Translations under genes and position numbers: made by a program | Assembly: GCA_964482715.1 (NCBI GenBank) | Contig: CAYZYX010000001.1 | Location: forward strand, 5,398 to 69,397 | Reading direction: 5' to 3' | From: an uncultured Clostridia bacterium | Lineage (GTDB): Bacteria > Aerophobota > Aerophobia > Aerophobales > B3-G15 | Length of the DNA stretch: 64,000 nt | The notes under the pieces: model-generated | Told to the model about the DNA's origin: nothing | The model's input: the letters and a program-made list of their open reading frames with translations, nothing else | Database searches by the model: none | Shown here: positions 29,142-38,910 of the stretch, one piece after another | How positions within the stretch are numbered: the first letter of the stretch is position 1 | Layout: every line of letters begins with the position of its first letter

Positions 29142-29181
29142 GATGTTACTATATAGAAGATGAATATGCTAAAATATGTTA

Positions 29182-29210
29182 TCGTTATCTTATATTATCC
29201 CATTCTTTAA
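29182..29210 (-). promoter_or_regulatory. Sigma70-like promoter on minus strand (TTGACA-17-TAATAT) for the LacI-family regulator gene
   Basis: Reverse complement of 29205-29210 is TTGACA and of 29182-29187 is TAATAT; 17 nt spacer. A direct repeat GTTATCGTTATC (29168-29179) sits at the predicted transcript start. Confidence 0.45.
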
Positions 29211-29304
29211 TTTTTGTCAAGTTTATTATTTGACCTTATTGAAAATGGGTTTAAAATTAAGAGGCGCGATATTCAGGGTTTAAAAAATCTTTCGGGAGAG
29301 AAAA

Positions 29305-30114
29305 ATGATTTACAGAATAATTTATTCATTGGTAACCATATTAGCTGCCTGGGCGTTTAAAAGATTTATTATTGATGAGTTAATTGACCGTTCCGCAGAG
29401 AGGATTAAGTTAAAGGAACACGTAACAAAGCCTTTGAAGAAATTTTTTAGTTTTGTTGTGTATATTATTGCTTTTTTTATCCTTCTGGGAATATGGGGTT
29501 TACGTGGAACATTAACGGGGGTTCTTGCTGGCGCTGGTATTGCCGGTATTGTAATTGGTCTTGCTGTCAGAGATATTGTTTCTGATCTTCTGGCCGGAAT
29601 TATTCTCCTTTTTGACCGACCTTTTAAAATAGGAGACGCTGTTGTATTTGGAGATGTTGGAGGAAAAATTCTTGATATTGGTATAAGGTCAGTGAAACTG
29701 AAAACCTGGGATGGTGTTTTTGTAACCATTCCTAACAGTAAAATTTACAGTGGAGTGGTAAAAAATTATACAAAATATGATCGCCGGAGACTGGAAATGG
29801 TAGTCGGTGTAGACTACGACAGTGATTTGAACAAGGTTGAGGAGGCAATAAGGAGAGTTTTAAACCGGGATGACATACCTATACTTAAAGACCCCGAACC
29901 GATTGTTGCTTTGGAAACACTGGGTCCTTCTTCCATTGATTTTAAGGTTCTTTTCTGGTATAGCTACGATGTGGAAATGCCCTGGATTACTTTGAGAGGG
30001 AAACTGATGCAAGCAATAGTTGAGGAATTCAGAAAAAATGGAATAACCATTCCCTTTCCACAGATTACCATTTCTTCAAGAGAGGGGTCTTTTCCCTGGC
30101 TAAAAGGTGAATAA
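29305..30114 (+). CDS. Small-conductance mechanosensitive channel (MscS family)
   Basis: Three TM segments plus the MscS beta-domain motif FDRPFKIGDAVVFGDVGGKILDIGIRSVKLKTWDGVFVTIPNSKI. Confidence 0.85.
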   Translation: MIYRIIYSLVTILAAWAFKRFIIDELIDRSAERIKLKEHVTKPLKKFFSFVVYIIAFFILLGIWGLRGTLTGVLAGAGIAGIVIGLAVRDIVSDLLAGIILLFDRPFKIGDAVVFGDVGGKILDIGIRSVKLKTWDGVFVTIPNSKIYSGVVKNYTKYDRRRLEMVVGVDYDSDLNKVEEAIRRVLNRDDIPILKDPEPIVALETLGPSSIDFKVLFWYSYDVEMPWITLRGKLMQAIVEEFRKNGITIPFPQITISSREGSFPWLKGE

Positions 30115-30222
30115 TTTATCTATAATAGTTGGAGAAAGTAGCGCGGTTGACAGAGTGAGTTTTTAAGTTATTTTTTAGACCATAATGTTTTCCTCGCCAG
30201 GAGATGTTTGTTAAATTAGAGG

Positions 30223-30780
30223 ATGATAAAATTAAGATATCCAAAACCGGCGAAACTTGTAATAGGAATGATAGCCGGTGAGGAGCATTTTTTTTACAAG
30301 GTCATGGACGAAGTGGTTAGAGAGTATGGAGAGATTGATTTTGAAAGTAAGGTGTTACCCTTTCATTACACCAACTATTATACTAAAGAGATGGGAGAGG
30401 ACTTAAAAAGAAAATTTGTAAGTTTCAGGGGGCTGATTTCTCCTGAAAAGATCATTCAGGTAAAACTTTTTACTAACAGGCTGGAGGAAAAATTTTTATG
30501 GCCTGGCTCTGCAAGAAGAAGGATAAACATAGATCCCGGGTATCTTACCCTGTCAAAGTTAGTTTTAGCTACCACTAAGAATTTTTCTCATCGAATATAT
30601 CTTGGACATGGAATTTATGCTGAAGTAACTCTCAGATATGTTAAAAACAAGGGTTTTCAACCCTGGGAGTGGACCTATCCTGACTACAGAAGTCCTGAGT
30701 ACTTAGAAATATTTAATCAACTCAGAGACGGCTATAAAAAACAGCTTGAGGAAGGAGATTATGAGAGAAACTACAATTAA
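30223..30780 (+). CDS. Hypothetical protein, possibly DUF4416 family
   Basis: 185 aa soluble protein; INIDPGYL and EWTYPDY segments recalled as DUF4416-like; not verified. The 3' end overlaps the iorB start by 20 nt. Confidence 0.35.
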   Translation: MIKLRYPKPAKLVIGMIAGEEHFFYKVMDEVVREYGEIDFESKVLPFHYTNYYTKEMGEDLKRKFVSFRGLISPEKIIQVKLFTNRLEEKFLWPGSARRRINIDPGYLTLSKLVLATTKNFSHRIYLGHGIYAEVTLRYVKNKGFQPWEWTYPDYRSPEYLEIFNQLRDGYKKQLEEGDYERNYN

Positions 30781-31381
30781 CATTGTCGTTGCTGGAGTTG
30801 GAGGACAGGGTATCCTTTTAACTTCGAATATTTTAGCTCAAGTTGCCTTTGAGCACGGATACGAGGTCAAAAAATCAGAGGTTCATGGAATGGCTCAAAG
30901 AGGTGGAAGCGTTGTATCTGAAGTCAGATTCGGAAGGAAAGTCTATTCTCCTCTTATAAAAAAAGGTGAAGCTGACTTTTTATTAGGAATGGAGAAGCTG
31001 GAAACTTTGCGATTTATTCCCTATCTTAAACCGGAGGGATTAATTATAGTTAACAATTTAGAAATACCTCCTCTGGGAGTTACGCTGGGAGAGGAAAAGT
31101 ATCCGGATAATATCTATACTCTACTTAAAAAAAGAACTTCCCGGATTATAAAGGTTAACGCTTTACAGATAGCAAGCAAGGTAGGCAATTTAAAAACAAT
31201 GAATGTGGTTTTGCTTGGTGTTTTATCCTGCTTCCTTCCCTTTTCTCCTTCTGCCTGGAAAAAAGTGATAGAAAGAAGGGTTCCAGCAAAGAGTTTAGAT
31301 GACAATCTTAAAGCTTTTGAACAGGGTAGAGCCTGTGGAGAAAAATACCGGGAAGTTATCTTGACGAGCCCCAATAAATGA
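30761..31381 (+). CDS. iorB: Indolepyruvate/2-oxoacid:ferredoxin oxidoreductase beta/gamma-type subunit (IorB-like)
   Basis: INIVVAGVGGQGILLTSNILAQVAFEHGYEVKKSEVHGMAQRGGSVVSEVRFG matches the IorB/POR-gamma consensus. GGAG RBS before the ATG at 30761. No iorA adjacent. Confidence 0.7.
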   Translation: MRETTINIVVAGVGGQGILLTSNILAQVAFEHGYEVKKSEVHGMAQRGGSVVSEVRFGRKVYSPLIKKGEADFLLGMEKLETLRFIPYLKPEGLIIVNNLEIPPLGVTLGEEKYPDNIYTLLKKRTSRIIKVNALQIASKVGNLKTMNVVLLGVLSCFLPFSPSAWKKVIERRVPAKSLDDNLKAFEQGRACGEKYREVILTSPNK

Positions 31382-31428
31382 AATATACTTAAACCCAAGG
31401 AAAATTACAAAAATTAAAGGACAGAAAA

Positions 31429-32349
31429 ATGAAAATATTTGTTGATACGGCTAAGCTTGATGAGATTAAGGAGGCTTGTAGTTGGGGAATTGTAGATGGA
31501 GTGACCACCAATCCCTCTCTTATAAAAAGAGCAGTTGATACATTAAAGGAGCGAGGAGAAAAAATAGATATGGCAGCGTACATTAAGGAAATATGCAGAA
31601 CTGCCGGGGAAAGTCGTCCTGTAAGTCTGGAAGTTATAAGTTTGACCTGGGAAAAAATGATAAAAGAAGCTCACATACTTTACGAAAAATTTAACCCGAT
31701 AGCTGGGAACGTAGTAATAAAGATTCCAATAAATACCTTTACACAGGGTTGTTCTCATACAAACTATGAGGGACTGAAGGCTATAAAAAAGTTAAGCCAG
31801 GACGGAATCCCGGTGAATTGCACTTTAATAATGACTCCGGAGCAGGCTCTTCTTGCTGCCAAAGCAGGTGCAAAATATGCCAGTCCTTTTGCAGGCAGGG
31901 TGGATGATTACATTCGTAAAAATTTAGGGATTAATTTTAGCAAAGGTGATTATTTTGACTATGAATTGATGGAAGAGATACGGTATCAGGCTCTGGAAGA
32001 GAGTCTTGAAGATTGGATAAACGAGGAAGAGGAGGTGGACAGGATCTACCAGCAAGAAGAAGTGAAAAAGTGGGCCAATCTGGGTAAAGACAACGGTATA
32101 TCAAGTGGAGTAGAACTTGTGGCTGAAATAGTTCATATCTATCATAACTACGGAATAAAAACGGAGATAATCGCATCCAGCATGCGAAATGCCCGGCAGG
32201 TACGAGAAGTAGCTCAAGTGGGGACTCATATAGCCACAATTCCCTTTTCTGTTATTGAAGAAATGATGCAACATCCTAAAACTGAGGAAGGGATAAAACT
32301 TTTTACTCGAGATGTTGTTCCTGAATACAAAGAGATTTTTGAGAAATGA
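31429..32349 (+). CDS. tal: Transaldolase / fructose-6-phosphate aldolase family (short-Tal type) with a large internal insertion
   Basis: [30 protein letters not shown]-terminus; SPFAGRVDD and IASSMRN catalytic-region motifs. Length 306 aa versus ~215 aa for the short Tal type. Confidence 0.75.
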   Translation: MKIFVDTAKLDEIKEACSWGIVDGVTTNPSLIKRAVDTLKERGEKIDMAAYIKEICRTAGESRPVSLEVISLTWEKMIKEAHILYEKFNPIAGNVVIKIPINTFTQGCSHTNYEGLKAIKKLSQDGIPVNCTLIMTPEQALLAAKAGAKYASPFAGRVDDYIRKNLGINFSKGDYFDYELMEEIRYQALEESLEDWINEEEEVDRIYQQEEVKKWANLGKDNGISSGVELVAEIVHIYHNYGIKTEIIASSMRNARQVREVAQVGTHIATIPFSVIEEMMQHPKTEEGIKLFTRDVVPEYKEIFEK

Positions 32350-34391
32350 AAACTAATGGCAAGTTTGAACTTATAACTCACCTCAAACCCAGGGGAGACC
32401 AGCCTAAAGCTATAAAAAAGTTAACAGAAGGCATTCTTAAAGGTTATAGAGAGCAAACTCTGGTGGGTGTTACCGGGAGTGGAAAAACCTTTACCATGGC
32501 CAATGTTATTCAAAATGTACAGAAGCCAACCCTGATTATTTCTCATAATAAGACCTTAGCTGCCCAGCTTTTCAGTGAATTTTCCTCCTTATTTCCCAAA
32601 AATCGTGTAGAGTACTTCGTTTCCTATTATGATTACTATCAACCTGAAGCTTACATCCCTCAAACAGACACCTATATTGAAAAAGATGCTTCCATAAATG
32701 AGAAAATTGATATGCTGAGGCATTCAGCTACCAGAAGTCTTCTTGAGCGAAGAGATACAATTGTAGTAGCCAGTGTAAGCTGTATCTATGGATTGGGAAA
32801 TCCCAGGGATTACAAGAGAATGCTTTTACATCTCCGGGTTGGGGAGGAGATACCAAGACGCAAGATCCTCAGAAAACTGGTAGAGATACAGTATGAGCGT
32901 AATGATGTTGATTTTTCTCGTGGAAAGTTCAGGGTGAGGGGAGATGTTGTTGAGGTATTCCCTGCCTATGAGGAGGAAGCCATAAGGATTGAACTGTGGG
33001 GAGATGAAGTGGAGGCTATCTCTCTTTTTGATCCAGTGAGTGGAAAAACCAAAGAGAAAGTTGATGAGATATACATTTATCCTGCTACCCATTATCTTGC
33101 TCCTCCGGATAGAATAGCTTATGCTCTTGATGCTATTGAAAAAGAACTAAAACAGAGATTAAGAGAACTTAAAAGTCAGGGTAAACTTTTAGAAGCAGAG
33201 AGGCTGGAGATGAGGACCAGGTATGATCTGGAAATGATAAGGGAAGTGGGTTACTGCACAGGTATAGAGAACTATTCCCGTTATTTTGATGGGAGAGCTC
33301 CCGGAGAACGTCCTGCCTGTCTGATTGACTACTTTCCTGAAGACTATCTTATGTTTATAGATGAATCTCATCAAACTATCCCTCAATTGCAGGCGATGTA
33401 CAATGGTGACAGGTCCCGCAAAGATAATCTGGTAAAATACGGTTTTCGCTTACCTTCAGCATATGACAATCGACCTTTAAAATTCTCCGAATTTGAGAGC
33501 CTGATCAGTCAGGTAATATATGTCTCAGCCACTCCTTCACAATACGAGTTAAGCAGAAGTTCTCAAGTTGTGGAACAGATAATTCGCCCCACCGGTCTTG
33601 TGGATCCTAAAATAAGAGTGAAGCCCGGAACCAACCCAATTGATGACCTTTTGGGAGAAATTAAAAAGCGAGTAGCAAAAGGACAAAGGACCCTGGTGAC
33701 AACTCTGACTAAAAGAATGGCTGAAGATTTAACGGAGTACCTTGATGATTTGGGGGTCAGAGTGAGATATTTGCATTCAGAGATTGAAACCATAGAAAGA
33801 TCTAAAATTTTAAGAGAGCTGAGAGAAGGAGAGTTCGATGTTCTGGTAGGAATAAATCTTCTAAGAGAAGGACTTGATCTTCCCGAAGTTTCCCTGGTGG
33901 CTATTCTGGATGCAGACAAAGAAGGTTTTCTCCGTTCGGAGACTTCTATAATTCAAACTGCAGGAAGAGCTGCCCGGAATGTGGATGGGGAAGTTATCCT
34001 TTATGCCAATCAGATAACATCTTCCATGAAAAGGGCTATAGAAGAAACCGAAAGAAGAAGAAGGATTCAAATTGAGTATAATAAAAAACACAATATAACG
34101 CCACAAACTATTCAAAAGTCAATTCTTGCTGACATTGAAACTTATACCAGTGAAAAATACGAAAAACTGGCTCTTCATGAGAGAGAAATCAAATATACTC
34201 CATCCATTGAGGAAATTCCGGGCATGATCAGGGTTTTAGAGCGAAAGATGAAAAAGGTGGCTGAAGATTTAGATTTTGAGTCAGCAGCAAAATACAGAGA
34301 CAAAATAAAAGAGTTAAAAGCCATTTTGAAAAAGAATCTTGAAAAAAGCACTTCTCCCGGGAAAGAAGTTCCTCAATATATCAAAAGCTAA
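32346..34391 (+). CDS. uvrB: Excinuclease ABC subunit B
   Basis: [17 protein letters not shown], Walker [10 protein letters not shown], helicase motifs, C-terminal UVR domain; 4-nt ATGA overlap with tal. Confidence 0.95.
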   Translation: MKTNGKFELITHLKPRGDQPKAIKKLTEGILKGYREQTLVGVTGSGKTFTMANVIQNVQKPTLIISHNKTLAAQLFSEFSSLFPKNRVEYFVSYYDYYQPEAYIPQTDTYIEKDASINEKIDMLRHSATRSLLERRDTIVVASVSCIYGLGNPRDYKRMLLHLRVGEEIPRRKILRKLVEIQYERNDVDFSRGKFRVRGDVVEVFPAYEEEAIRIELWGDEVEAISLFDPVSGKTKEKVDEIYIYPATHYLAPPDRIAYALDAIEKELKQRLRELKSQGKLLEAERLEMRTRYDLEMIREVGYCTGIENYSRYFDGRAPGERPACLIDYFPEDYLMFIDESHQTIPQLQAMYNGDRSRKDNLVKYGFRLPSAYDNRPLKFSEFESLISQVIYVSATPSQYELSRSSQVVEQIIRPTGLVDPKIRVKPGTNPIDDLLGEIKKRVAKGQRTLVTTLTKRMAEDLTEYLDDLGVRVRYLHSEIETIERSKILRELREGEFDVLVGINLLREGLDLPEVSLVAILDADKEGFLRSETSIIQTAGRAARNVDGEVILYANQITSSMKRAIEETERRRRIQIEYNKKHNITPQTIQKSILADIETYTSEKYEKLALHEREIKYTPSIEEIPGMIRVLERKMKKVAEDLDFESAAKYRDKIKELKAILKKNLEKSTSPGKEVPQYIKS

Positions 34392-34418
34392 GTTAAACAT
34401 CAAAATAAGGAGGATTAG

Positions 34419-34892
34419 ATGACACTCGGATTTGCCTTAGCTTTGTTAGGAGCTGGATTGGCGGTAGGTTTAGCAGGTATTGGTTCAAGTATAGGTATAG
34501 GTTATGCTGGACAGGCTTCTACCGGGGCTATGACCGAAGATCCAGAGAATTTTGGTAGATATCTTATTCTTACAGCTTTGCCAGGGACACAGGGAATATA
34601 CGGTTTTATTGCTGCCTTTCTTTTAATTATAAAAATAAATCTTCTAACTGGAACTTTGCCTTCTCTAACTGTAGCTCAGGGACTTAATCTTTTATTTGCC
34701 GCCTTACCTATTGCTGTTCTTGGTTTTATTTCAGCTATTCATCAAGGAAAGGTTTGTGCATCGGGAGTTGGACTTACGGTTAAAAGACCAGCCGATTCCA
34801 TGAAAGCTATGGTTTTAGCCGTTTTCGTCGAATTCTATGCTGTGCTGGGGCTTCTTATCACTATTTTCCTGATAAATGGTATCCAGATTTAG
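34419..34892 (+). CDS. ntpK: V-type ATP synthase proteolipid subunit K
   Basis: Double-hairpin proteolipid closely matching Enterococcus hirae NtpK as recalled (PENFGRYLILTALPGTQGIYGF, LPIAVLGFISAIHQGKV, VEFYAVLG). Confidence 0.85.
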   Translation: MTLGFALALLGAGLAVGLAGIGSSIGIGYAGQASTGAMTEDPENFGRYLILTALPGTQGIYGFIAAFLLIIKINLLTGTLPSLTVAQGLNLLFAALPIAVLGFISAIHQGKVCASGVGLTVKRPADSMKAMVLAVFVEFYAVLGLLITIFLINGIQI

Positions 34893-34923
34893 ATAGGTCA
34901 AAATAAGTAGAAAGGGTAAAAAC

Positions 34924-35520
34924 ATGGGTCTGGATGAGATAATAAAAAGTATAGACATAAAAGTAAATGAGGAACTGGAAAAGATAAAAAGGCAGACGGA
35001 AGAGGAAACAAAAAAGATTCTAACCGAGGCTAAGGAGAAAGCCGGGCAGAATAAAGAAAAACTCCTTTTCAGAGGGAAAAAAAACCTTGAAGATCAGATG
35101 AAAAGAAAACTGATTCAGACAAGAATAGAGGAGAATAAAGATACTTTAAAGTTAAAAAGAAAATTAATAGATGAGATGTTTGAGGAGGCCTTTAAGAGAT
35201 TTCAGAATCTGGATAAAAGGGAGTATCTTTCCCTGATGAAAGAGGCTCTCCTGAACAATCTCTCTCCAGAGGAAGAAGATGTGATACTTATTTCTCCTCA
35301 CGATGAAAAAATGATTGACAAAGAGTTTATAAGGGAACTGGAAAGATCTCTCCCCGAAAAGAAGGTAAAACTCAGGTTTTTACCTCAGCTTGATGAAAAA
35401 GAGAGAGGTTTTGTTGTGAGAAAGAGGAATATGGAAATAAACTGTACCCTTTCTGCTCTGTTTGCTGCAATGAAAGATAAAATTGAAATTGACGTAGCTC
35501 GCCAACTTTTTGGACAATGA
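34924..35520 (+). CDS. ntpE: V-type ATP synthase subunit E
   Basis: 198 aa, highly charged N-terminal coiled coil (LDEIIKSI...EELEKIKRQTEEE), C-terminal globular part; immediately follows ntpK. Confidence 0.7.
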   Translation: MGLDEIIKSIDIKVNEELEKIKRQTEEETKKILTEAKEKAGQNKEKLLFRGKKNLEDQMKRKLIQTRIEENKDTLKLKRKLIDEMFEEAFKRFQNLDKREYLSLMKEALLNNLSPEEEDVILISPHDEKMIDKEFIRELERSLPEKKVKLRFLPQLDEKERGFVVRKRNMEINCTLSALFAAMKDKIEIDVARQLFGQ

Positions 35521-35599
35521 TAATTTTGTGGGACGCGAATTTGGAGTAAAAACTCCCCGGCAAAAGTTCAACCCCTGGGGGTCTCAGGTTAAAAATATC

Positions 35600-36763
35600 A
35601 TGAAGAGAGTTGTTCAATTTGGTGCCGGAAATATCGGAAGGGGTTTTTTAGGTCAGCTTTTCTACGAGTCGGGTTATGAAATAGTTTTTATAGACGTGGT
35701 TCCTGAGCTTATTGATGCATTAAACAGAAAGGGTTCCTATCACTTAAGGATAGTAGGGGACAATCCGCGAGATTTAACTATAAGGAATATCAGGGCAATC
35801 AATGCTCGGGAGAGGGAGGAGGTAGTCCGGGAAATTGTCTCTTCTAATTTGATAGCCACCGCAGTGGGGGCGAGGAACCTTCCTTCTGTAGCTGATCTGG
35901 TGGCAGAAGGAATGATGAGAAGAGCCGAAAAAGGTCTAATTGAGCCTGTTAACATAATCATATGTGAAAATATGCCTGAAGCCAGCAAGGTCTTTTTTGG
36001 ATATTTAAGGGAAAAAGTTAATTCCCGTTATACGGATTATCTTAAAAGTCATCTTGGACTGGTCGAAACCGTAATTAGCAGGATGGTCCCGGTTTTGCCT
36101 GAAGAGATTAGAAAAAAGGATCCTTCTTTTATTATGGCCGAAGAATACAGTCTTCTACCGGTGGACAAAAAAGGCTTTAAGGGTGAAATTCCCAAAATTA
36201 AAGGAATGATACCCTGTGAAAATATAGTTGCCTATGAAGAACAGAAGTTATTCACTCACAATACGGGACATGCCATCTGTGCTTATCTTGGTTACCAGAA
36301 AAGTTACCGTTACATATGGGAGGCGATTCAGGATAGGAAGATAAGAGAAGTGGTGGAAGCGGCTTTGATGGAGACAGCGCAGGCTCTCGTGGAAAAACAT
36401 AATTTTGAGTGGGAGGAGCAGAAAAATCTAATACAGGATTTACTTCATAGATTTAACAATAAGGCCCTGGGAGATACTGTGGTGAGGGTGGGTAGAGACC
36501 CTATTCGAAAACTTGGTTCCAGAGACAGACTTGTTGGTGCGGCCAGGTTAGTGGAGAGTTTTGGCATTACTCCCTATAATGTATGCAGAGGAATAGCAGC
36601 GGCTATTTTTTTTGATTATCCACAAGATGAGGAAGCGGTGAAACTTACACAGATGAGAAAACAGAGAGGAGTCAATGTAGTTTTAAGATATATCTGTCAT
36701 ATAAACCCTGAAGGAAAACTCGGTCAAATTATCAAAGAGCACATTTGGAGAGGATTTATATGA
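35600..36763 (+). CDS. mtlD: Mannitol-1-phosphate 5-dehydrogenase / polyol dehydrogenase family
   Basis: N-terminal Rossmann motif VVQFGAGNIGRGFLGQLF; mannitol dehydrogenase family C-terminal domain. Start moved to the ATG at 35600; the track ORF begins earlier at 35510. Confidence 0.75.
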   Translation: MKRVVQFGAGNIGRGFLGQLFYESGYEIVFIDVVPELIDALNRKGSYHLRIVGDNPRDLTIRNIRAINAREREEVVREIVSSNLIATAVGARNLPSVADLVAEGMMRRAEKGLIEPVNIIICENMPEASKVFFGYLREKVNSRYTDYLKSHLGLVETVISRMVPVLPEEIRKKDPSFIMAEEYSLLPVDKKGFKGEIPKIKGMIPCENIVAYEEQKLFTHNTGHAICAYLGYQKSYRYIWEAIQDRKIREVVEAALMETAQALVEKHNFEWEEQKNLIQDLLHRFNNKALGDTVVRVGRDPIRKLGSRDRLVGAARLVESFGITPYNVCRGIAAAIFFDYPQDEEAVKLTQMRKQRGVNVVLRYICHINPEGKLGQIIKEHIWRGFI

Positions 36764-36779
36764 GGAGGTTAATAAAAAG

Positions 36780-37826
36780 ATGAAAGCAGCTGTACTTAAC
36801 GATATAGAAAGTCTGGAAATAAAAGATATACCTGTACCTTCTCCTTCTGAATATGAAATTGTCATTAAAGTTAAAGCCTGCACGATATGTGGCACTGATA
36901 TACGACTTTTTCATCATGGACACAAACATTTAAGATTTCCTCGTGTTCCCGGCCATGAACTCTCAGGAGAAATAGTTGAGGTAGGAAGTAAGGTAAAAAA
37001 CTACCATGTCGGGCAGAAAGTAGCTGTTGCCCCAGCTATTCCTTGTGGAAGTTGCTATTACTGTCGTCGGGGAATGCAGAGCATGTGTTTAAATCTGCAA
37101 GCCATAGGTTATCACTATAATGGTGGATTTGCCGAATATATGCTTGTTCCTGAAAATGCTGTAAGAAATGGGTGTGTAAATCCTTTGCCTCCAAATCTTT
37201 CTTTTGAAGAGGCAGCCCTTGCTGAGCCTTTAGCCTGTGCCATTAACGGGCAGGAACTTTCTCGCATTCATCTGGGAGATACGGTGGTGGTTATTGGAGC
37301 AGGACCTTTAGGGTGTATGCATATTCAACTTGCCCGGGCTAATGGTGCAACAAAGATTATCTTAATTGAACTTGTCCAATCCAGAATTGATTTTGCTATA
37401 GAACGGGTCAGACCAGATGTGGTGATTAATCCTTCAACCGAAGACGTTGTAGCCAGGATAAAGGAGGAAACAAATCAAAGAGGTGCTGATAAAATAATAG
37501 TTGCCTGTCCCAGTCCTAAGGCCCAGGAAGATTCTCTAAAAATAGTTGCTCCCCGGGGTATTGTTAATTTCTTTGGTGGACTTCCCAAGGATAAACCTTT
37601 CATAAATTTTGATTCTAATCTTGTCCACTATGGTGAATTTTATGTGGTTGGAACCCATGGGTCTGCACCTTACCATAACGAACTTGCCTTAGATTTAATT
37701 TCCAGTGGAAAAGTCAAAGTAAAAGAGTTAATTACTCATCGCTTCCCTCTGGGTAGATTCGAAGAAGCTCTTAAACTTGCCGAAAGCAGAGAAGCCATGA
37801 AAGTGGTTGTTCTGCCTGAACTTTAA
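36780..37826 (+). CDS. Zinc-dependent medium-chain alcohol/polyol dehydrogenase (threonine/sorbitol dehydrogenase-like)
   Basis: Catalytic-zinc motif GHELSGEIVEVG, structural-zinc Cys cluster CGSCYYCRRG, NAD-binding GAGPLG. Confidence 0.85.
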   Translation: MKAAVLNDIESLEIKDIPVPSPSEYEIVIKVKACTICGTDIRLFHHGHKHLRFPRVPGHELSGEIVEVGSKVKNYHVGQKVAVAPAIPCGSCYYCRRGMQSMCLNLQAIGYHYNGGFAEYMLVPENAVRNGCVNPLPPNLSFEEAALAEPLACAINGQELSRIHLGDTVVVIGAGPLGCMHIQLARANGATKIILIELVQSRIDFAIERVRPDVVINPSTEDVVARIKEETNQRGADKIIVACPSPKAQEDSLKIVAPRGIVNFFGGLPKDKPFINFDSNLVHYGEFYVVGTHGSAPYHNELALDLISSGKVKVKELITHRFPLGRFEEALKLAESREAMKVVVLPEL

Positions 37827-37857
37827 TTTAAAGTGTTCTTTACAGGGAGGAGTGGTG

Positions 37858-38910
37858 ATGCAAAGAAGACCTGTAGTTGGTATCAGCATGGGCGATCCCA
37901 CCGGAGTTGGCCCTGAGATAATTGCAGAGGCTTTAAGTCGGTATGAGATTTATGAAATTTGCAGACCCTTGGTGGTGGGAGATGCCAGGGTAATAGAGAA
38001 AGCCTGCAGGCTAACTGGATTAAATCTTAATATTAACTTGTGTAAAGAGATTGAACATGCTAAATTTACCTGTGGAAATGTAGATGTTCTGGATCTTAGA
38101 AATGCTGATTTACAAGATTTAACCTGCAAAAGAGCAACAAGGTCAGCTGGAAAAGCTGCTCTTGAATATATCAATAAGGTCATTGAACTTGCCCTGACGA
38201 AACGAATTGAGGCTACTGTAACCTGTCCCATTCATAAAAAGGCTATTAGTATGGCTGGTTGTCCCTATCCAGGTCATACCGAGATATTTGCCCGGCAATG
38301 TGGGGTAAAAGACTGGGCTATGATGCTTGTTGCAGGTGAATTTAGAATAATCCACGTTACCTTTCATGTCGCTTTACGGGAGGTGCCCTTTTTTATAACA
38401 AAGGAAAAAATTTTAAAAGTCTTAAGACTTACGCATGATACCATGCTGGATCTTGGTCTGAAGAACCCCAAAATTGCGGTTTCGGGACTTAATCCTCATG
38501 CGGGTGAAGAAGGTCTTTTTGGAGATGAGGAGATAAAGGAGATAGATCCAGCAGTAAAGCAAGCAAAAAGAGAAGGTATAAATGTTGAGGGACCTTTTCC
38601 TCCAGATACAATTTTTGTAAAGTTAAAAAATGGCAGTTATGATGTTGCTGTTGCCATGTATCACGATCAGGGGCATATACCCTTTAAGTTCCTGTTCTTT
38701 AAGTCAGAAAAATCTGGCACTCTATCAGTTAGAGGAGTAAATGTTACTCTTGGGCTTCCCATTATCAGGACCTCCGTTGATCACGGAGTAGCCCATGATA
38801 TAGCCTGGGAAGGAAAGGCAAGCCCTGACAGCTTAATCGAAGCTATAAAATTAGCCGTTCAACTGGCTATAAATAAAAAACAAAGAAACTCTTCGCTTCT
38901 CTTAAGATAG
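37858..38910 (+). CDS. pdxA: PdxA-family NAD-dependent dehydrogenase (4-hydroxythreonine-4-phosphate / 4-phospho-sugar-acid dehydrogenase)
   Basis: N-terminal VVGISMGDPTGVGPEI, HTE motif, PFPPDT, YHDQGHIP. All are characteristic of PdxA/PdxA2. Confidence 0.8.
   Translation: MQRRPVVGISMGDPTGVGPEIIAEALSRYEIYEICRPLVVGDARVIEKACRLTGLNLNINLCKEIEHAKFTCGNVDVLDLRNADLQDLTCKRATRSAGKAALEYINKVIELALTKRIEATVTCPIHKKAISMAGCPYPGHTEIFARQCGVKDWAMMLVAGEFRIIHVTFHVALREVPFFITKEKILKVLRLTHDTMLDLGLKNPKIAVSGLNPHAGEEGLFGDEEIKEIDPAVKQAKREGINVEGPFPPDTIFVKLKNGSYDVAVAMYHDQGHIPFKFLFFKSEKSGTLSVRGVNVTLGLPIIRTSVDHGVAHDIAWEGKASPDSLIEAIKLAVQLAINKKQRNSSLLLR

Noticed and set aside
35510-35599. N-terminal extension of the mtlD ORF as listed in the ORF track
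   Set aside because: The extension overlaps the ntpE stop and lacks an RBS. A clean ATG at 35600 directly precedes the Rossmann motif VVQFGAGNIG, so the shorter start is preferred.
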